Under the pieces are notes generated by a model. That model was not told the DNA's origin. It was given only the letters and a program-made list of their open reading frames with translations, and did not search any database. This document shows positions 28,465-38,867 of a DNA stretch of 64,000 nucleotides, in pieces (the stretch's first letter is position 1; the number at the start of each line of letters is the position of its first letter). Both the position numbers and the translations under genes were made by a program. The stretch lies in contig CAWDNU010000003.1 in assembly GCA_963803705.1 (NCBI GenBank), positions 64,001 to 128,000 on the forward strand. Direction: 5' to 3'. The DNA comes from an uncultured Pseudobdellovibrionaceae bacterium. GTDB taxonomy: Bacteria; Bdellovibrionota; Bdellovibrionia; Bdellovibrionales; UBA1609.

Positions 28465-29362
28465 AATTAAATTTACCCTATTTTTAAGTTTACTAGGTTT
28501 TTTGGCTTCATGCTCAAATGATCCCAAAAGCTCTTCTACTGATAAACTAGAGCGGCAAAAGCACCCTATGCAAATAGGTAGTAGCTTTGACCGCGAGATT
28601 GATCCCCTAGAACAAAAATTTAATAGTTCTATTTTTAAAATTCGTTCAGAGATGTCTGGCACTGAAGGTGTTGCAACATACCTTGGTGAGTTTGGCGAAT
28701 TAAAATTGTTTCTAACTAATAAACATATAGTTAATAGCGACTTAGACACGTGTGACAAACTTATTTCGCTAGTAGATGTTAATAATAAAATTTTTCTTGG
28801 CTGCAAAGACTTTATCTTCTCCTTTCAAAACCTTGATATATCCATAATTGCAATGGATGTTTTTGCCGAAACAGAAAAGGATTTTGATCTCAAGCCAGTT
28901 TTATTTTCTACAACAGCAATTGACGCCAAAGATAATCTTACGCTTAGAACTATTGATAATGATTTGAAAGCATTGGTTATAGATCAAAAGTCTGATTGTA
29001 AGTATTTGGACACCTTAGCTAGTTACATCACAGATCCTTTTCCAAACGAGACAGAGATTGCGATATCTACTTGGTCCATCCCTATAGGTTGTGACGCTAA
29101 GCCTGGGGATTCCGGCGCCCCTATCTTTGGAAGTAGCGGGATGATAACAGGTGTATTATGGGGTGGTAGCCTAAAAAAAGAGTTTGTCTCTTCAGAGTTA
29201 TTAACTAAAAAAATTGCTTCAAAAACAGCAGGTCTTTGGCAGAATTTTAACTTTGCAGTTCCATCAATCTATATCAAAAGTGAACTACAGGCAGAACTAA
29301 ATAATATTGATGAAAACTCTTTAGAACTTTTTGCATTAAAAGCGTTTTACGAATCTTTGTAA
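28454..29362 (+). CDS. Trypsin-like serine protease lipoprotein
   Basis: LASC lipobox; TNKH, LDISI, PGDSGAP motifs. Confidence 0.8.
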   Translation: MIYKIKFTLFLSLLGFLASCSNDPKSSSTDKLERQKHPMQIGSSFDREIDPLEQKFNSSIFKIRSEMSGTEGVATYLGEFGELKLFLTNKHIVNSDLDTCDKLISLVDVNNKIFLGCKDFIFSFQNLDISIIAMDVFAETEKDFDLKPVLFSTTAIDAKDNLTLRTIDNDLKALVIDQKSDCKYLDTLASYITDPFPNETEIAISTWSIPIGCDAKPGDSGAPIFGSSGMITGVLWGGSLKKEFVSSELLTKKIASKTAGLWQNFNFAVPSIYIKSELQAELNNIDENSLELFALKAFYESL

Positions 29363-29608
29363 ACTAGATTGGCACTAACTCAAAATTTAAATCATCCAAA
29401 TAGTTTTACTAAACCAATAGCACTTGAATGCTAATTAGGTTTAATTAAACACCTATGCTCTGATCATGCCGACTGTTCTATAAGTGGCGCGGTAGAATCT
29501 TATCAGACCTTTCTGAGCACGAGTGTTTAGAAAGGTACATATTTATTGTTGCCTAGTGACACTGGCTATTTTATTTGTTCAAATTTTATAAAACTAATCG
29601 AGGTGTAT

Positions 29609-29860
29609 ATGGGAATAATTTGGATGATTATAATTGGATTCGTTGTTGGCTTGTTAGCACGCGCTATAAAGCCTGGGGATGATTCCCTGGGATTTATTTT
29701 AACTACCATTCTCGGAATTTGTGGTTCGGTTTTTGCCGGCTATGCAGGTAAGGCATTAGGCGTTTATAAGCCTGATGACGCTGTGGGGTTTATTGCTGCT
29801 ACTTTTGGTGCTGTGATACTTCTTTTCATTGTCCAATTCTTTAAGTCAAAAAAGTCTTAA
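29609..29860 (+). CDS. GlsB/YeaQ/YmgE-family stress response membrane protein
   Basis: IIWMIIIGFVVGLLARAIKPG...GFILTTILGICGS...GAVILL. Confidence 0.9.
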   Translation: MGIIWMIIIGFVVGLLARAIKPGDDSLGFILTTILGICGSVFAGYAGKALGVYKPDDAVGFIAATFGAVILLFIVQFFKSKKS

Positions 29861-29902
29861 AGAATTTAGCTTATTCGTTTTTTAGTTTGAAGGATCTTCA
29901 AT

Positions 29903-30466
29903 ATGAAATGGTCCCATCAAAATATTTGGAGGATCAAAGACCCGTTAGTACGTTCTCGCATCGAGCAGGAATTAGATAGGTCAGGCCGACTTGCACCGGT
30001 CACCGGTAGCGAAAAATACTGGCGCGCTATAATAGAGAGTGACAAAATAAATTATCGCAGATCGCCTGAGTTGTACCGTATCGGTAAAGGCCAACAAGGG
30101 GTTTTGACCTCCGAACCCTACAAGTCCGAATTGCTTCCGCACTGGTGTTTCGCAACTGAAGAAAAAGCATTAGTTTCTGCCGACTCAATTTACCAGTTGT
30201 TTATGCACTATCTTAATAGTGAAGACTTCCCAGGCGCAGATATGGCAAAGAAGTTTCTTCATATGGGTTTCACCCGGGCCCGCCGCTACGCTAACCATGC
30301 TGGGGGACAAAAGTATTCACAGGAAGGTATTATAGTACAGCTACCTGACGCCCTTGAAAACGAAAAAGCTAGGTCTGCGAAAATTTTTAAAATCTTTTGG
30401 GATGAAGCCCGGAATGACAAGGCTTATAAAATGCTTAAGGCTGAATTTATAAAAAGATATTACTAG
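29903..30466 (+). CDS. DUF4385-family protein
   Basis: PELYRIGKGQQGVL..EPYKSELLPHW..DMAKKFLHMGFTRARRYANH. Confidence 0.85.
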   Translation: MKWSHQNIWRIKDPLVRSRIEQELDRSGRLAPVTGSEKYWRAIIESDKINYRRSPELYRIGKGQQGVLTSEPYKSELLPHWCFATEEKALVSADSIYQLFMHYLNSEDFPGADMAKKFLHMGFTRARRYANHAGGQKYSQEGIIVQLPDALENEKARSAKIFKIFWDEARNDKAYKMLKAEFIKRYY

Positions 30467-30545
30467 AAGCTAGTAACAAGGATGTGCCTGTTAGTTTAGT
30501 TGAGCTCATAAAGATTTATATTCGAGATCGTCCATCAAATTTATC

Positions 30546-31853
30546 TTAATTAGAATTCCAAGCAATTTCATTTGAATTTTTAAGCCATAGCAGAGGTAAT
30601 AAAGCAATCGAACCTAAAGTGGTGGTGAACAAAAAAAAGGCACTAAACGAGAAGCTTTCGATTATCCATCCAGCAAACCCCCCAAGCAGTCTAGGTAGTA
30701 GTGCCATTATTGAGGTGTAAAACGCAAATTGGGCTGATGAATATTTCTGGTTAGTAATGTTAGATAGAAAGACTAAGAATACAGTGCTTGCAACGCCTGA
30801 AAATAGATTTTCGAGTCCCACAACTATTGCCAGCAACAATACATTTTGGCCTGACCCAGTAAGTGTAAGATAGCCCAAATTAGTAAGTGAGCAAAGTACA
30901 ACGCTTGCCATGCAAATTTGAAAAAGCGAATATTTCGAAAGCAGATACCCTCCAAACAAAGCACCACCTAGTGCAGCCACAAGTCCAAACAGTTGATTTA
31001 CCACTGAGACAGTAAACAACGAGTAGTCAAGTTCTAACAGAAATAGATGAGTCACACCGCCCTGGAGCATATCCATCATTCTAAATGAAGTTAGAAACAT
31101 TAAAAGTAACATTAGAATTTTTATGCTGAACCGATTTTTAAAATCAGTCAAAAACCCCCAATAATGAAAGGTGGTTCTGGTTGTCCTCACTGAAGTCAAA
31201 GCCGAATTCATTAGTTCACCCACACCAAACGCGCTAAATATTAAAAATCCACCAACTGCATAACAACAAAGTTGCCAAGGGTAGGGATTATAGAACCCAG
31301 ACATGGTATCCGCCGAATAAATTGAAATAAAGATTAAGGTGAGTGACCCTGATGCTATCAAACCAAGTCTGTAGCCGGCCACAAATAGAGCTGATACACC
31401 TACAACATCGTTAGAATGGAAAGTTGAATTTCTGTAGCCATCAATGCTAGTGTCTAGTAGAGCTGAAGATAGAGTCGCAAGGGCTACAATGGCAAAAAAG
31501 GAATATAATTCTAAATTGCTTTCGGCGGGATCCACAGACCCTAGGCTAGCAACTAGAATTCCTGTTGAAACCAGTGAAACTAAAACCCACGCTTTTCTGA
31601 AATCAATAGAACTGAAAATTTTAAACCTTCGATCGAGTGCTGGTGCCCAAATAAATTTTAAAGAATAAGAAATACCCATCCAGCTCAAGTAGGTTATCTG
31701 AACTAGCGAAATTCCAGCATATTGCAACCAAACGCCAGTCACTGTCAGAAGGAAAAGTAATGGTAGAGCTGAAACTAAACCTAGCATCAAAGCCAAAAGC
31801 TTATCTTGCAAAGATAAGCTAAATTTATCTGGCACTAACTTTACTTCGCTCAA
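30546..31853 (-). CDS. AmpG-like MFS transporter (muropeptide permease family)
   Basis: SALPLL, YSLKFIWAPALDR, DTSIDGYR, AGYRLG, SAQFA motifs; about 12 TM segments. Confidence 0.8.
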   Translation of the reverse strand: MSEVKLVPDKFSLSLQDKLLALMLGLVSALPLLFLLTVTGVWLQYAGISLVQITYLSWMGISYSLKFIWAPALDRRFKIFSSIDFRKAWVLVSLVSTGILVASLGSVDPAESNLELYSFFAIVALATLSSALLDTSIDGYRNSTFHSNDVVGVSALFVAGYRLGLIASGSLTLIFISIYSADTMSGFYNPYPWQLCCYAVGGFLIFSAFGVGELMNSALTSVRTTRTTFHYWGFLTDFKNRFSIKILMLLLMFLTSFRMMDMLQGGVTHLFLLELDYSLFTVSVVNQLFGLVAALGGALFGGYLLSKYSLFQICMASVVLCSLTNLGYLTLTGSGQNVLLLAIVVGLENLFSGVASTVFLVFLSNITNQKYSSAQFAFYTSIMALLPRLLGGFAGWIIESFSFSAFFLFTTTLGSIALLPLLWLKNSNEIAWNSN

Positions 31854-31898
31854 TGTTACCTGACCGCTTCAAATTTAATCTAAATTTCAATTGCAGGA

Positions 31899-32660
31899 CT
31901 AGATAAGTTTAAGATCTGCATAAAGAATCTCTTCCTTGTTACCAGTGGATCTACATAGAATCTTTTTGGTTGGATGCGTTACCTGAGACCTACCACTGAG
32001 TACAGCGTGAACGCCCTCTGACTTCACTTCGCCAGCAGCGTTACAATATGCAATTGCCACATTATTTTCAAAGGCCCTGATTAAACACAAAGAATCGATC
32101 AGCTCGATCTCGTCATTGGCAGCTTTCTCTAACTTTTTAGCCTTCAGAGTGAAAGACCAATAGCTAGGAGAAATTATAAGCTGCGCACCCTTCTTTGCCA
32201 TATCCGAATACAGCATAGGAAACGAAAGGTCCCAGCATATAGTTAAGCCTACGTTCCCGAATCTAGTTGGAAAAACTGACACATGAGTACCAGGTGCCAT
32301 GATCGCCTTTTCAGTTTGCCACAAATTTATTTTGTTATAATAACCAGCTACGGTGCCGTCGAAGTTTATATAATATGCTGTATTAAATTTGACCGCTCCA
32401 CTAGTGGTGGTCCAAGTCCCTGGCACTAAATCCACACCATACTTTATTGCAAGCGACTGGAAAGCAATTAGATACTCTTCAGCGTACTGCACGAAATTTG
32501 TCTGCCCCGAAAGTGGACCAGTGACTGAATCCTCTGGGAATACTACCAAATTTGCTCCAGCTTGCGATGCCACTTTAATAAGGCGCTCCATCTTTTTCAA
32601 ATTATAAATTGGGTCGAGTGGCTTAACAGCCAATTGAACCACAGCTAATTTCAACTTCAT
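31899..32660 (-). CDS. Carbon-nitrogen hydrolase (nitrilase/amidase family)
   Basis: FPE, YNKINL, ICWD catalytic E-K-C triad. Confidence 0.9.
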   Translation of the reverse strand: MKLKLAVVQLAVKPLDPIYNLKKMERLIKVASQAGANLVVFPEDSVTGPLSGQTNFVQYAEEYLIAFQSLAIKYGVDLVPGTWTTTSGAVKFNTAYYINFDGTVAGYYNKINLWQTEKAIMAPGTHVSVFPTRFGNVGLTICWDLSFPMLYSDMAKKGAQLIISPSYWSFTLKAKKLEKAANDEIELIDSLCLIRAFENNVAIAYCNAAGEVKSEGVHAVLSGRSQVTHPTKKILCRSTGNKEEILYADLKLI

Positions 32661-33232
32661 AAGTTTCCTTTTTTGATAACATCTGACAGGATGTAGTCAT
32701 CCAGATCATCTTTACCATGTAACACACTAATATCCCCGGTTGATTCGAACACCACAGCTGCTACCTTAGATAATGAAAATACATTTGCCTCGCGCAGTTT
32801 ACTTATCAGATCATTTTCACTCATATTAACTTTCTTCAGTATAGCTCTGTCAACTTTTCCATTACTAACGATTAGAACCGGTGAGTTTTCAGTTATATGA
32901 GAATAAAAATCTAATCTGGATTTTAAAAAAGAAGATAGGAATTGCAAAACGTAAATCATCATTATACCAAAACAGCCGCCAACAACAGAGGGTTTCGATG
33001 GAAGGATCACTGCAGCTATCATGGAGCCGACTGCAATCGTAGTCGCAAAATCAACAGCTGACATTTTGGCAAAACTTCTAAGTCCAACAATTCTGGTGTA
33101 AAGCACTACTAAAAAAAATACTAAGCAAGCTACCATTGAAATATTGATTAGCTCTGTAGCACCACTGTAGATATTCATGTGACTCCCGGATATAGTTTTA
33201 ATAATACGCTTTAATTCAGTGAAATACTTCAA
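32657..33232 (-). CDS. DUF421 (YetF) domain membrane protein
   Basis: GLRSFAKMSAVDF..IAVGS, LREANV, FESTGDISV. Confidence 0.88.
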   Translation of the reverse strand: MKYFTELKRIIKTISGSHMNIYSGATELINISMVACLVFFLVVLYTRIVGLRSFAKMSAVDFATTIAVGSMIAAVILPSKPSVVGGCFGIMMIYVLQFLSSFLKSRLDFYSHITENSPVLIVSNGKVDRAILKKVNMSENDLISKLREANVFSLSKVAAVVFESTGDISVLHGKDDLDDYILSDVIKKGNL

Positions 33233-33985
33233 ATTAGTTAAGGATTATTTTATTAAAGATATTGCTGGGATTAAAAAGCAGTTCTAACAATTCCTGTCGA
33301 AGAAGTTATTTGAGCAGAATTTGCTATTTAACTGTAGACAAATTTAAAGGGAGTCTTCTATAAACTCTTCTAGCAAAAAATAAACACTGTGTAGTTTTCT
33401 AGATACATCTGCATTGTGTGAAGAAATCTAAAACCTTTTAGAATTGCACTAGCACCTTTAATCAGTAACAATGCTTTTAATCGTTCACAATGCTTAAAAA
33501 TTATTTAAGAGTAAAAAATAGCCAATTTTATTTTCAATTTTTGAACTTAACCCATTTTTTACTGCGAATGCAATTTTAGCTCAGGAAAAGTTCGATTGAA
33601 GGATCTTGGTGAGCTTGGTCTGCAAACTATAAGCGATGGTTATAGGCCTACTTACATTAAAAGACTTTCGGTTCCGATTGATTTCCCTGAAGAAGATATA
33701 ATTCAAGCTTTTAATATTCTTTACAGTGATTTGACCATCAAGGAAAAAATTTAAAACTAAGGTTTGGGTAGAAACATGTCAAAATTTTTTTTAGTCTACT
33801 TGTAAAGATTGAGGCATGCTCGAAAGTGACTGTGACTAGCCGCTCAGGTGAGGGTGATGCACAATCAGTTCAACATTGAGAAATCTTCAAAACGGCTATC
33901 TTGAAGATATTTAGCTAAACTACAATTTTAGAAGCCCTTTTGGTAGCGACCTTATAGTTAGCAGCATAATTAAAATAAATTAAAC

Positions 33986-34324
33986 CTAGACGTCTGTTGA
34001 ATGCATCCGACAGTTGTCTAAAAGAACGCGGGGGGAGAGGGTAATTTTGCTTACCGAGCTAAATCTTAAGTGACGATTCGAGATAAACCATATTTCTTCC
34101 CGATCGTTTGCCAAAATTAGATAAGCCTCACTGGATTCGGACATATTATGCAAACCCAAGACACGATAAGAGTATAGCTTGCTAAATCCACTTGATAGAG
34201 GGTAGGGAGCTGGTCCCAGCTTCAATTCCTCAATACGCACGTACAAACCAGTCTCAAAAGTTATACTCAATTTTAATCCTCTTTGAAAACTCTTGAAGTT
34301 TATCAATCGTTCAATCTCTGTCAT
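33986..34324 (-). CDS. Hypothetical protein
   Basis: 112-aa ORF with plausible conserved-looking core (ILANDREEIWFISNRHLR). Confidence 0.55.
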   Translation of the reverse strand: MTEIERLINFKSFQRGLKLSITFETGLYVRIEELKLGPAPYPLSSGFSKLYSYRVLGLHNMSESSEAYLILANDREEIWFISNRHLRFSSVSKITLSPRVLLDNCRMHSTDV

Positions 34325-34553
34325 CTAGAATTTATTTTGTGAATGAATTAATACATCTGTGAATATTTTAAACTGAACGGGTCGTAGGCAGTCCCTATAA
34401 ATGAGTCAAATTCCTAATAATAACTGTCACTTGAAATAATTTAGTCGAGCGTTTGAATTACAACGCTGCAATAACTTGTCGATTTAAGCTTTTCTTGTGC
34501 TATGATTTCACTATATTTGTTTAGATAAATAACGATTTTAAAGGGGACTTGAT

Positions 34554-36179
34554 ATGAAAATAACTTCCAAACTAATATTAGTGGTATTGTGCCTATCAGC
34601 TAATTGGGCCGTTTTGGCCAAAGTTGATCAAACACCAACCAATGTCCTTGCTAGCGCTATAATCAAACAGGCAAAAACTGACATTCAATCGGCATTTGAA
34701 AAACTTAGGCTTGAGCAAAATATTCCGGGTATGGAAGCAAGCTTATCTTTTGACGCTCCTGATTTAAATGCCCCTAAAACCTTAAACTTTGTTTTAGGTG
34801 TAAGCCAGTACAATACAAAAGATGCCTTAGCAGGTGATCACATTTGGCCAGTGGCATCAGTCACAAAAATGTTTACGTCTGTGGCAATTATGCAGCTGGT
34901 TGAGCAGGGGATTTTGGATCTAGAATCTCCATTAAGTAGCTACCAAAAGGTTCCGCTTGTAAGAAAAGCACTGACATTTAAGCCTGAACTTAGCGAGTGG
35001 CTTTTTCATACAAATATAAATCATCTACTTTCTCATCAGTCGGGTTTAATGCAGGATTTACCTGGGGCAAACATGTGGTGGGATGTTGACGCGATTCAAA
35101 ACGGTAGTTTGCCCAGTATTAGTGAATTTGAAACTGCCTTGCCGCTTATTCAACCTTTGTTCGAGGCGGGGAAAATATCTTTGGGAATGAAATACTCGAA
35201 CCTTGGCTTCAACTTTCTAGCACAGATCGTTGCAAATTATGGTAAACACAACAGTTTCGAGCAATATGTAGCCAACGAAATTTTGAAGCCACTTCAGATG
35301 GACAACACAACTTTTTACCCTTTTTCTTCACGGCTTCCCATGATTACAACACATGGTTCGCTAGACATTGACAAAAGTGGCGATGGCGACCGGCAGATTC
35401 TGCCAAACATTATCGACTCTGGAAGTTACGCTGGGTCTATTGGTCTTTACTCTACTTCTAAAGATTTATTGAAATTTGCACAATTTTTGGAAAAAATATT
35501 AAATGATAAGTCAAACGTTGAATCTTTAGGAATTGGCAGAAATATTTGGAAAGCCATCTATCCTGTCTCGCCGCAGACATCTACAACAGCATGGGGATAT
35601 GGGTTTCACTTAACCTCTATTAACGGCACAATTGCAATTGGTCATACTGGTAGTCACTTTGGCGCTAGGTCTATAGTTTATTATTTGCCAGAATTTGGTT
35701 TTACGTTTTCAGCACTATTCAATTCACGTGATGGAGTAAACCGAGAAGCTTATTTAAATAAAGCTATGACTATTTTGAAAGACTTGAATTTGATAAGTCA
35801 AAAAAAAATGCAACAACGTCTTAGTCTGGCAGTAGAGGATATTAAAAGTGCGCATGCTTCAATTAAATCAGTAACCAGTTTTCCTTTAGCTTTTTTAAGT
35901 TGGAACCAGGTCCCACCGGAACTGAAAGAGTACGTAGGCATCTACGAATCAAAAATTGCAGGTAGGTTTGAAGTAAAAGTCTCTGCCTCAGGCAAATTGG
36001 TGTATTTAGGAAAAGAATTAATCTTCGTCAGTACGGATCATTATAAATTTTCTGAAACAACATCACCATATGACTCTGGAGAACCTGTACGCTTTTTAAG
36101 AGACCCAACTACGGGAAAAGTAAACAGAATTAATTCACACTACGTGTTACACCTGCATAGGATTGAAGACGTCAGGTGA
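34554..36179 (+). CDS. Secreted serine hydrolase, beta-lactamase class C/PBP-like
   Basis: SVTK (SxxK), YSN, HTG motifs, LLSHQSGL; signal peptide. Confidence 0.9.
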   Translation: MKITSKLILVVLCLSANWAVLAKVDQTPTNVLASAIIKQAKTDIQSAFEKLRLEQNIPGMEASLSFDAPDLNAPKTLNFVLGVSQYNTKDALAGDHIWPVASVTKMFTSVAIMQLVEQGILDLESPLSSYQKVPLVRKALTFKPELSEWLFHTNINHLLSHQSGLMQDLPGANMWWDVDAIQNGSLPSISEFETALPLIQPLFEAGKISLGMKYSNLGFNFLAQIVANYGKHNSFEQYVANEILKPLQMDNTTFYPFSSRLPMITTHGSLDIDKSGDGDRQILPNIIDSGSYAGSIGLYSTSKDLLKFAQFLEKILNDKSNVESLGIGRNIWKAIYPVSPQTSTTAWGYGFHLTSINGTIAIGHTGSHFGARSIVYYLPEFGFTFSALFNSRDGVNREAYLNKAMTILKDLNLISQKKMQQRLSLAVEDIKSAHASIKSVTSFPLAFLSWNQVPPELKEYVGIYESKIAGRFEVKVSASGKLVYLGKELIFVSTDHYKFSETTSPYDSGEPVRFLRDPTTGKVNRINSHYVLHLHRIEDVR

Positions 36180-36859
36180 GCTGTCTTTCAGATTAAGTTA
36201 AGCTAGCTAGAAGAAGATTCGGGATACTTGAAACTAAATAACTTCAGGCATTAGCTGGATTTAGGAAAATTAGCTATTCAGCTAGATTAGTTTGCTTGAC
36301 TATTCAGCGCCACCTTAGGGGCGCTCTGTTTGTAACTGCTCGATCTAGTCTGATAACGACTTATTGCGAGTCATGGTAACTATTTCGCTACTGAATTAGA
36401 ACTTGTCCTAAGTGCTCCCACTAAAGATATAACCACTTTTCTGCCGTCTGGTCCGTTCAATGCTTGTGCCTGTATAGCACTAAATAGCAAACAAATAGAA
36501 AATAAATACTTTAGAAATTTAGACGCCATAGACACTTATCGTACTTACGCCAAAGCCACTAAATAAAAAAAGTAAATGCATAATACTTACGAAAGAAGTC
36601 AGCGATGTATCCAATCTTATTTGTTTTTTTGCGCTAATTGATAACCGATCTACGCCATTTAGTTATTTTATTATAAGACACCTTATAAATTAATGCGTTT
36701 AAAAACGAAAACCTCAAATAACCAAAACAAGTTAGAATGCACTTCGAGCTTAGTATTATGAGTGCGAATGTCATCTTCGATAGTTCTAATCCACCTGCTT
36801 GACTACTTTGGGCAACCAAAATACTTTTTAATTATTGATGAGGGCCCGCGGGTGATCAG

Positions 36860-38116
36860 TTGAAAATAGCAATAATAGGTTCAGGCATTAGTGGTTTAAG
36901 CTGTGCTTATTTTCTTTCAAAAAAACATGACGTTCATATCTACGAATCTAGCCAGAATCTTGGTGGGCACGCTAACACTATAAACGTTTCTGTAGGATCC
37001 AAACACCAAAATTTAGACACAGGCTTTCTGGTTTTCAATGAACTTACCTACCCCAACTTCGTGAAATTACTGGACGAGCTAAAGGTTAAATATGTCGACT
37101 CTGATATGTCACTTTCAGTTCAGCACTTAAGCAGTAAAACCGAGTGGGCTGGAGAAAGTATCAGGTCATTATTTGCCCAGCCTAAAAATTTATTTAAATT
37201 CAGCTTTTGGCGGATGTTGATAGACGTTAGACGCTTTCAAAGTGGTGCAAAGGATAACTTAGTTAAAGCCACAGATCTTAAATGGAGCATAAAAGATTTA
37301 ATCGCTTTCGAGGGATATGGTCAAAATTTTGTTGATATGTATCTACTTCCAATGGGAGCTGCCATATGGTCTACTCCCGAAAATAAAATTTTAGATTTTC
37401 CAGCCGAGACATTTTTAAATTTTTTTTTAAACCATAAGCTACTGCAGTGGAATGATCGACCAACCTGGAAAACAATTGATAATGGCAGTCGCAGTTACGT
37501 ACAGGCTATTGAAAATAAATTATCTACGGTTTTTAAAGCTGATTCAGTCAATTCAGTGAAGCGTTTAAATAACGGACTAGTTCAGCTTACATCGAAAAGC
37601 CGTCAAGATAATTACGACGCCGTAGTGTTTGCAACTCATCCGCCTGTTACGCTAAAAATTTTAGAAAATTTAACTGACTTGGAGAAAAAAGTTTTAGCGT
37701 CCTTTACTTATCAAGAAAACCTTGTAACAGTTCATAAAGATCCAAAATTGATGCCACATAAAAAAATCTGTTGGTCTTCTTGGAACGTTAGAGCCTTTGG
37801 GCAAAACATATCTGATAACAAACTAGATTTGACATATTATATAAATAAGCTACAGCCTTGGATTAAAGATGAAGACCTTTTTGTAAGTCTTAATTTGGAT
37901 TTAAAGACTGAAGGCACTTTGGCAGAAATAAAATACCATCATCCTAAATTTACAAGAAGAGCTATTGAAGCTCAGGATTTACTACCTGAAATCCAAAATA
38001 GCAAAGGTATTTTTCACATCGGTGCTTGGACCAAATATGGTTTTCACGAAGACGGGCTAGTAAGTGCTATCAACGTAGCCAGGCTGCTTGGACTCGAAAA
38101 TCCGTGGAGCCCTTAA
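36860..38116 (+). CDS. FAD-dependent oxidoreductase (amine oxidase-like) of the cfa cluster
   Basis: GSGISG, LGGHANT, DTGFLVFN..TYPN, YGFHEDG. Confidence 0.9.
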   Translation: MKIAIIGSGISGLSCAYFLSKKHDVHIYESSQNLGGHANTINVSVGSKHQNLDTGFLVFNELTYPNFVKLLDELKVKYVDSDMSLSVQHLSSKTEWAGESIRSLFAQPKNLFKFSFWRMLIDVRRFQSGAKDNLVKATDLKWSIKDLIAFEGYGQNFVDMYLLPMGAAIWSTPENKILDFPAETFLNFFLNHKLLQWNDRPTWKTIDNGSRSYVQAIENKLSTVFKADSVNSVKRLNNGLVQLTSKSRQDNYDAVVFATHPPVTLKILENLTDLEKKVLASFTYQENLVTVHKDPKLMPHKKICWSSWNVRAFGQNISDNKLDLTYYINKLQPWIKDEDLFVSLNLDLKTEGTLAEIKYHHPKFTRRAIEAQDLLPEIQNSKGIFHIGAWTKYGFHEDGLVSAINVARLLGLENPWSP

Positions 38117-38867
38117 AGTGGAAAGTGCACAGTTTATTCATGCAAAGGTTTCTCATAGTAGACAGGTCGAAGCTAAACATAAATTTAAATATTCGGTACC
38201 TTTCTTGTTTTTTGATGTATCTACAGTTGATAAAGTTCAAGAGACCATTTCTAAAAAAACTTTTGGACTATACAATTTTAAAGCTAAAGATTATTTGAAC
38301 GGTAAATCAGGAGATCTTGAACATAATATCAAAAGTTTTTTAATATCTAACACCAAAGCCCAGGCTGATCAGATCTTTTTAATCTCATCACCCAGAACAT
38401 TTGGTTACGTGTTTAATCCGATCAGTTTTTGGCTTTGTAAAATCAATGGTGAATACAGATCTGCTTTGGTTGAAGTCAATAACACGTTTGGTGAGCGTCA
38501 TTACTACTGGATTGATGAAAACCGACCACTCAATTCACCGAACTGGTTTAAGGTATCCAAAGCTTTTTATGTTTCACCGTTTATGAAAGTTGAGGGTTAC
38601 TATAAATTTAAATTTTCTGTAAAAGAAAATTCAGTCGATATTTCGATAAACTACTTTTCAGATACGGATAGGCTTAAGCTTTCTACCTCTATTAAAGGGT
38701 CTACCGAAAATTTAGCGGAAATCAGTTTTTTAAAAACAGTAATTAAATACGGGCCAGCTTCAGTTTTAATTACTTTTCGGATACACTTTCAAGCACTTAG
38801 GCTTTATATCAAGTCAGTTTCTTTGAAAGCTAAACCTACTAAAGGTGAAAAGGATGTAACCTCATGA
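38088..38867 (+). CDS. DUF1365 family protein
   Basis: HSR..HKFKY, PRTFGYVFNPISFW, EVNNTFGERHYY, FYVSPFM. Confidence 0.9.
   Translation: MDSKIRGALKVESAQFIHAKVSHSRQVEAKHKFKYSVPFLFFDVSTVDKVQETISKKTFGLYNFKAKDYLNGKSGDLEHNIKSFLISNTKAQADQIFLISSPRTFGYVFNPISFWLCKINGEYRSALVEVNNTFGERHYYWIDENRPLNSPNWFKVSKAFYVSPFMKVEGYYKFKFSVKENSVDISINYFSDTDRLKLSTSIKGSTENLAEISFLKTVIKYGPASVLITFRIHFQALRLYIKSVSLKAKPTKGEKDVTS

Noticed and set aside
33230..33760. Short open stretches between the DUF421 gene and 33986
   Set aside because: Look like a decayed gene but cannot be assigned a start or family
36380..36529. 49-aa signal-peptide ORF on the minus strand
   Set aside because: Short, probably a truncated remnant; insufficient support
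36666..36693. dif-like TTTTATTATAA-GACACC-TTATAAATTAA
   Set aside because: Arms are entirely A/T and lack the TTATGT core; likely chance
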